Origin: Eledone cirrhosa
Lineage: Eukaryota
Direction of reading: 5' to 3'
NCBI GenBank assembly: GCA_964016885.1
Contig: OZ024742.1
Location: 243,226,001-243,290,000, forward strand
DNA: 64,000 nt
Each line of letters begins with the position of its first letter. The first letter of the stretch is position 1. The notes beneath the pieces are model-generated. The model made no database searches. It was given only the letters and a program-made list of their open reading frames with translations, and was not told the DNA's origin. Both the position numbers and the translations under genes were made by a program. Positions 55,826 to 64,000 of this stretch are shown piece by piece.

Positions 55826-56005
55826 TGGGACAGAAAAAACAGGCATGGTTTGAATTGAATAGGATGAAACTAAACTATTATGTATGTTAACTCAACCAAT
55901 GATATATACCAATATTCATACATATATATCATTGGTTCACATAACATACGTAATAGTTTAGTTTCATCCTATTCAATTCAAACCATGCCTGTTTTTTTCT
56001 GTCCC
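55826..56005. repeat. Foldback repeat with about 65-bp arms
   Basis: tgggacagaaaaaacaggcatgg...tatgtta versus taacata...tttctgtccca. Confidence 0.85.
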
Positions 56006-56049
56006 ATACACACACATATACATATATATGTATACACATATACCAATAT

Positions 56050-56127
56050 TTATACATATATGCATGTGTATACATATATATGTATATGTGTGTGTGGTGC
56101 ATGTACATATATAGCATGCGTGTATGT

Positions 56128-56161
<34 letters not shown>

Positions 56162-56239
56162 TCATACATATATGCATGTGTATACATATATATGTATATG
56201 TGTGTGTGGTGCATGTACATATATAGCATGCGTGTATGT

Positions 56240-56273
<34 letters not shown>

Positions 56274-56345
56274 TCATACATATATGCATGTGTATACATA
56301 TATATGTATATGTGTGTGTGGTGCATGTACATATATAGCATGCAT
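56050..56345. repeat. 112-bp tandem repeat, about 2.6 copies
   Basis: tgtgtgtggtgcatgtacatatatagcatgc recurs at 112-bp spacing. Confidence 0.85.
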
Positions 56346-56347
56346 GA

Positions 56348-56412
<65 letters not shown>

Positions 56413-56848
56413 AAAACAACAAGGAAGACTAAAACAGGAAAACGATACCATACAATGATAATGTATTAATATAACACTTGATACAGTAGGAAAAGAATTA
56501 AGACATTTTGGACGTTACTCCTTCTTCGGAGAGAGAAAGAAAACAGGATGTTTGTAGGAGAGAAGAAATAGGAAGACAGGCGGTGATAAGAAAAGAAAGA
56601 TAATGGGAAAAGTTAAACAAGAGAGAAAGCACGTGTTGTAGTTCAGTCAGCCAGAGAATGTGTATATTTGTGAGTGTGGTATGCTTATAAGTATGTAGTA
56701 ATCTCTGGCACTTCTGTCTGGGGTCACTCGCAGAAACTGCTTCCTTTCCAAATACTTGTTTGGAAAGACGGGAACGATGCAAATTTTTATTTCCTTTTCA
56801 CTAAAACTTGTCTTCAAAATAGTTTATGTATGTAAACATTAATGTACT

Positions 56849-56894
<46 letters not shown>

Positions 56895-56911
56895 TCTCTC
56901 TCTCTGTCTCT

Positions 56912-56942
<31 letters not shown>

Positions 56943-56999
56943 CCTCTCTCTCTCTGTCTTTTTCTCTTTCTCTCTCTCTCTCTCTCGCTCTCTCTCTCG

Positions 57000-57031
<32 letters not shown>

Positions 57032-57042
57032 TTCTTTCTCTT

Positions 57043-57132
<90 letters not shown>

Positions 57133-57237
57133 AAAAGAGTCAGGACCTGCTGAGCTCCGGCCGTTTCTACAGCTATTCGAGTACTCTGGTGCGTTATGGT
57201 CCACCTGGTTCCTTACTACAATTCCTTCGTTATTTCG

Positions 57238-57338
<101 letters not shown>

Positions 57339-57826
57339 CATCTAACTATCTATTTCACACTCTCTTTCTCTCTCCCTCACACTCTCTCTTTCTTTCTCTT
57401 GCTCTCTTTCTGTGCGTGTGTGTACATACACATGTTTATATGTAGAGGTGCATATGGGTGTATGTATATACATATATATATACATACATATAAACGCACA
57501 CACATACATACATACATACATAAATACATACATACAAACATACATACATGCAGTCTTCCATACATACATATAAACATACATACGTACTGTGGGCACACAT
57601 AAACCGGACCACGTTAAGCCTTAAAGCGTGTATAGGACAGATGAGACGAATTCTAAGGGAGTGACTGCCAATGTTGACTTCCACCGCTATTTTTTGATGC
57701 TCCAGCTGGGTGCTGGATACCTACAAAATATGATATATCCATAATGGGAAACTCATTCTTCTGTCCCTTACATGTCCGAGACATTGAGTTTTAATAGTCG
57801 AAAACTGTACAGGAGATCATCGTATG

Positions 57827-57865
<39 letters not shown>

Positions 57866-57961
57866 TAAAATAACAGATTTGCTATACGATTCTTATATAT
57901 TTGATATATATTTATCCTTATCGAGCCCTCTTTGGATTTTAGTCTTCAAATTTATTATTAT

Positions 57962-58111
<150 letters not shown>

Positions 58112-58280
58112 TTTGAAACAGTGAGCAGGTTTGAAATTAGAAAATAGAATAACTTTCACCGTATTTTTTTTTACTAAAGAAATTTTAGTCTGATAATGGG
58201 GTTTAGAACCCTCAGATAAATGGAAAAAGATGAGTATTGATGTACATATATATATATTATATATATATATATATATTATC

Positions 58281-58337
<57 letters not shown>

Positions 58338-58430
58338 TTATCAAAGCAGTACTCGATACATGGTAAGATGCCGAGTAGAGATATTAGAAAAGGTAACTAG
58401 CTGAAACCGCCATGTTTGCGTTAGATATGT

Positions 58431-58491
<61 letters not shown>

Positions 58492-58671
58492 GAGAAGAAA
58501 GAAGAATACTGCGTGGTTGCATAGTCCTTCGTCAGTGATTTTCCAACCATCATCGGTATTTCATCGCATTAAAAATCATATACCTCAGGTTGGTGCGAGC
58601 AATAACTAAAAAAAGTTATTGGGACCAGTAAATCGTGTAAAGCGAGGGGGACAAGTAAACAACATAGAAGG

Positions 58672-58829
<158 letters not shown>

Positions 58830-58891
58830 CATATACATACATATATATATACTATATATATATATGTATGTATATATATATATATATATAT

Positions 58892-58961
<70 letters not shown>

Positions 58962-59050
58962 TATTTTCCGTTGTGTTGTAATATAAATATTACACACAGT
59001 AGATTATCAGCTCACGTAGAGTTTGCTCGACGGTTCCAGTTATATGTATG

Positions 59051-59223
<173 letters not shown>

Positions 59224-59458
59224 GGATGACCGGTAAATCAATGCGTCGATTAAAAAGTATCGAGTGGTATTCACTTGGCCATGTTACGTCCCTTATTTGG
59301 ACCTAACTATTCGATTAATAGAAATCGATGAAATAACTAACGCAGAAATTAAGCGAGTCAATAATATCGACTAAATCCCTTGAATGATTCTACTAAAAGA
59401 ATTGGTTGAGCGCCTGACTTGTGGCATTTAATTATGATATATATGTATGGGTGTGTGT

Positions 59459-59498
<40 letters not shown>

Positions 59499-59678
59499 CT
59501 CTTGCTGCATACAAAAACAAACAAGGGAAGAGAATCCATCCTGATCGGCTCATATCCAGAAGTCAATCAGGAGAGATAAAACTGACGTCTATATATACAC
59601 CCGGTTATAACTAGACATAAAACAATTATATTTGCATGTATTTCTAAGCATATATATATATATATATATACGTATGTG

Positions 59679-59736
<58 letters not shown>

Positions 59737-59973
59737 GTATGTGTTAATATATATATATATGTGTGTGTGTGTTTGTGTATATATATATATATGTATATAT
59801 ATTTGTATATATATATGTATATATATATAGAAGTGGATGGATACTTCAACAGGTACAATGTACTTGTAGAAATATTCAAGTTGTTTATAATACATGTCGT
59901 TCAATTATATGTATATATATGTATATGTGTATATATTTATGTATATCAGCCATGTAGAGTGAAATTTTCTTTT

Positions 59974-60024
<51 letters not shown>

Positions 60025-60228
60025 TATGTATACGTACATTACATATATGTATACAGACGTACAGTAGTATGTATATATATACATGCACATATATATATAT
60101 ATATATGTACGTATGGATTCACCGAACATTTATTTAAATGCTCGGTGTGTTTGTAAACAAACATCCCGAATTAAGCCGTACAGTGTCTAGCAACCATCGT
60201 TGCTCATTTCTTCAACTCTGACAAAGGA

Positions 60229-60271
60229 ACGCTGTACTAGTTTCAAGCTTATTAGCTATCGTCAGCAACGT
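60229..60271 (-). ncRNA. Minimal type I hammerhead ribozyme motif
   Basis: Minus strand: acgttg-CTGACGA-tagctaataagctt-GAAA-ctag-TA-cagcgt. Confidence 0.82.
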
Positions 60272-60665
60272 ATACCTTCCTGCCAGATGGTTGAACGTCT
60301 GAATGTATATACTTTCCTTATGCATATTAACGGCTGAGCAGCCTAATTTGCATATCGAATAAGTTAATCGGCCGGGCGCACCGAAAACGTACATACGTAC
60401 ATATATATATGTGTGCATGTATGTATATATATATACATACTACTGTACGTCTGTATACATATATGTATGTATGTATACATAATTATATTTAAGTATCAGC
60501 CGTACTAAGAGTGAGAAATGAAATTTCGTTTCATTTTTTCCGTTTATCGTTTTCGGTGCGCCCGGCCGATTAACTCACTCGATACGCAAATTAAGTTGCT
60601 CAGCCGTTAATATGCATAAGGAAAGTATATACTTTCAGACGTTCAATCATCTCACAGGAAGATAT

Positions 60666-60708
60666 ACATTGCTGACGATAGCTAATAAGCTTGAAACTAG
60701 TACAGCGT
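60666..60708 (+). ncRNA. Minimal type I hammerhead ribozyme motif
   Basis: acattg-CTGACGA-tagctaataagctt-GAAA-ctag-TA-cagcgt. Confidence 0.8.
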
Positions 60709-61167
60709 TCCTTTGTCAGTGTTGAACAAATGAGCAACGATGGTTGCTAGACACTGTACGGCTTAATTCGGGATGTTTGTTTACAAACACACCGAGCATT
60801 ATAATAAATTTTCGGTGAATCCATATGTACATATATATATGTGTGCATGTATGTATATATATATATACATACTACTGTACGTCTGTATACATATATGTAT
60901 GTACGTATACATACTTATATTTAAGTAACAGCCGTACTAAGAGTGAGAAATGAAATTTCGTTTCATTTTTTCCGTTTATATATTTATGTGTGTGTATATA
61001 TATATATATATATATTTGTATAAAAAAATAGAGGTGTGAATGCGCAACCGGTAAAAACTTAAAACTAAAACTGAATACTAACTAATACTTATTACTAATT
61101 TATACTTATTCCTAATTAAACTATTTTTCACTGGGAAAAATTTGCCACCATTTTCTTTTCCTTTTTA

Positions 61168-61218
<51 letters not shown>

Positions 61219-61398
61219 TATATGTGTGTGTGTAATTAAATTTGTGTGTGTAAGGTCACATCATATGCATATCTTTACATGCATATCGATTGAGAAATGG
61301 TTATTATAAACCACCGCAGCTCAATTAATGAGGTGACGTTTAATAGAGAACAGACCGGCTTTTGTCGATTATGAGTAGTAAGATGGAGTATTGTCAGC

Positions 61399-61665
61399 GG
61401 TTGCAGACGACCCATTGTTTGTCACACAACTTTAGTAACGTGTGTATTTGTTACGTGGTCTCTAAGGTTGCAGACGATCCATTGTTTGTCACATAACTTT
61501 AGTAACGTGTGTATTTGTTACGTGGTCTCTAAGGTTGCAGACGACCCATTGTTTGTCACATAACTTTAGTAACGTGTGTATCTGTTACGTGGTCTCTAAG
61601 GTTGCAGACGACCCATTGTTTGTCACATAACTTTAGTAACGTGTGTATCTGTTACGTGGTCTCTA
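61399..61665. repeat. 67-bp tandem repeat x4
   Basis: ggttgcagacga at 61399, 61466, 61533 and 61600. Confidence 0.95.
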
Positions 61666-61849
61666 CGTAACCATATAATAGTGTTTAATATCTAATAACA
61701 TCGCTGCTTACTTGCTTATCTCTAGCTCTAGCTGTCTACCTAAGTTATATATATATATCGCATGTCGCATGTAATAAGCGTAACTGGAAATGATACCATT
61801 TTTATATATCAATGATTGAGTATTGATTGGCTGGTAGATGGAGGGAGGG

Positions 61850-62900
61850 AGGAAGGAATGGGTGGATGGATGAATGAATGGATGGATTAGTGAAACATGA
61901 ATGGGTGGATGGGTAGATGGATGGATGGGTGAATTAATTGCTAGATTGGTAGGTTAGTTGGTTGAGTGATTCATCGAGTGATTGTTTTCGTTAGTTATTT
62001 AATTGATTAACTGATTGGTTTATTAAGTGGTTGGTTGATCTGTTTGTTTTGTTGGTTGGCAGGTTAGTTCATTGATTGGCCGGTTGGTTGGTTGGTTGGT
62101 TGGTTGGTTGGTTGGTTGACTGGTTGGTTGCCTGGTTGGAGGATTTATTGGCTGGTTGGTTTATTGGCTGCTTGGTTGATTGATTGGTAGATTGGTTGGT
62201 TGGTTAGTTGATTGGTTGGTAGATTGGTTGGTTGGTTAGTTGATTGGTTGGTTGGTTGGTTGGTTGGTTGGTTGGTTGGTTGGTTGGTTGGTTGGTTGGC
62301 TGGTTGGTTAGTTGGTTAGTTGGTTGGTTGGTTAGTTGGTCGGTTGGTAGATTGGTTGGTTGGTTGGTTGGCTGGTTGGTTGGTTAGTTGGTTGGTTGTC
62401 TGGTTGGTTGGCTGGTTGGTTGGTTGGTTAGCTGGTTGGTTGGTTGGTTGGTTGGTTGGTTGGTTGGTTGGTTGGTTGGTTGGTTGGTTGGTTGGTTGGT
62501 TGGTTGGCTGGTTGGTTGGTAGATTGGTTGGTTAGTTGGTTAGTTGATTGGTTGGTAGATTGGTTGGTTGGTTGGTTCGAAGCTGGTCGGTTGGTTGGTA
62601 GATTCGTTGGTTTGCTACTTGTTTGTTAGGTTGGCTGGCTGGTTGGGTGGCTGGTTGATGGGAACTTGGTAATTAGTTGGCTAATTCGGTTAGCTGATTC
62701 GGTGGTTGACTGACTGTTATTGATTGGTTGGCTGGATGGATGGTTGATTGCTTGCTAGCTGGGATGATTTGCTAGTTGGTTGATTGGCTGGTTGGCTGGG
62801 TGGTTGGTTTGTTGATTGCTTGCTTGGAATGTTGGGTAATTGGTGGGTTTCCTGATTGCTTAATAAATTATTTATTTGGTTGGCTAATTAATTGAATATT
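61850..62900. repeat. (GGTT)n-like low-complexity tract
   Basis: Direct inspection. Confidence 0.92.
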
Positions 62901-63204
62901 TAATTAACTAATTGGTTAGTTTATTGGTATGTTGTTTGTTGTATTAGTTCATTGATTGTTATAATCCTTGCTTGGTTGTTTCGTGGAGATATTCTTTGAC
63001 TGGTTTGTTGCTAGCTTGTTGATTGATCAGTTGGTAGAGTGGGAGTTCGATTTATTGATCTATTGAGTGATTGTTTGATTTGTTGGCTGGTTGATTGACT
63101 GCTAAACTGATTAACTGATTAACTGATCGAATTATAGTTTAATTGTTCAGACCAGGTTTCCGGTTTAAGGACTTTTCCCGGACTAAGCAATGAATTTTTA
63201 TGCC

Positions 63205-63435
63205 ATTTTTTTTTGTAATTCAATTTTTTTTGTAATTCAATTTTTTTTTGTAATTCAATTTTTTTTTTGTAATTCAATTTTTTTTGTTTTTTTAATTCAA
63301 TTTTTCTTTTTTTGTAATTCAATTTTTTTTGTTTTTGTAATTCAATTTTTCTTTTTTTGTAATTCAATTTTTTTTGTTTTTGTAATTCAATTTTTCCTTT
63401 TTTTGTAATTCAATTTTTTTTTTTTTTTGTAATTA
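63205..63435. repeat. (Tn-GTAATTCAA)n tandem repeat
   Basis: Direct inspection. Confidence 0.9.
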
Positions 63436-63589
63436 AAAAAAAATATTGTGAGATTCGGATCTTCGGTTACAGACCGTAGCATCTCAAGAGTCTTTTATCG
63501 TTGCTTTGACTTGACAAAAGATTTGTCAGTGATATTGGATAGGCGGAAACTGTGTGAATGACCAGTGAGTGGGCTGTACCTGTACTTCA

Positions 63590-63940
63590 AAAGGCGAGGT
63601 CGTGTTATATAGCGTCACACTAATTCCGTTAGAGGATTACATAAGGCGTTGAAGTGTCTGTAGAATACTCAACCACTTACATGATATAAGCCTACAAGAG
63701 CTGACATTGATAAAGGCCTAACGCGGGAATAGGCAAAAACCAAGCATATATGTTATATGATATATACTAAAGGCAAGGTCGTGTTATATAGCGTTACACT
63801 AATTCCATTGGAGGATTACATTAAGCGTTGAAGTATCTGTAGAATACTCAACTACTTCTAAGTTGACATTGATATAAGAGTTGACATTGATAAAGGCCTA
63901 ACACGGGAATAGGCAAATACCAAGCATATATGTTATGTGA
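63590..63940. repeat. About 179-bp tandem duplication
   Basis: aaggc.aggtcgtgttatatagcgt.acactaattcc at 63591 and 63770. Confidence 0.9.
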
Positions 63941-64000
63941 TAAATAACTATTTATCACATATGTATGAAATTTGTAGAAATTTGTTGCTTTTTTCTACAA

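Larger units (their letters stand above)
60020..60977. mobile_element. HHR-containing foldback element: inverted segment plus about 1.35 tandem 430-bp monomers
   Basis: 60020-60388 inverted relative to about 60548-60920; 60397-60546 repeated at about 60828-60977. Confidence 0.9.

Noticed and set aside
57588-57650. ggaccacgttaagccttaaagcgtg resembles part of a pistol ribozyme
   Set aside because: P2 and the pseudoknot partner cannot be formed; likely coincidence.

Overview
AT-rich, microsatellite-saturated eukaryotic DNA. The (TA)n/(TATG)n density and the tRNA-derived SINE family suggest a coleoid cephalopod such as Octopus (inference). Almost all ORFs in the supplied track are microsatellite artefacts. 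Real protein-coding signal is limited to decayed transposon ORFs (Helitron Rep/Pif1, a CR1-type LINE, RTE-type LINEs), one convincing first coding exon of a FABP/lipocalin-like lipid-binding protein gene (49619-49694, +) with a candidate NRF1/TATA/Inr promoter upstream, and a few weaker exon candidates. The main hidden signal is about 20 minimal type I hammerhead-ribozyme (HHR) motifs on both strands, from about 10 unrelated non-coding repeat families. These families sit in (TA)n tracts and form foldback or greater-than-one-monomer tandem structures, as Penelope-like pLTRs and retrozymes do. At least two families carry a compensatory U3:A8 core (UUGANAA) instead of C3:G8. The window also holds two hAT MITEs with perfect TSDs, a 40x37-bp satellite built from a SINE head, a 36-bp minisatellite with higher-order structure and HDV-like ribozyme candidates. 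All folds were read by eye; none was computed.
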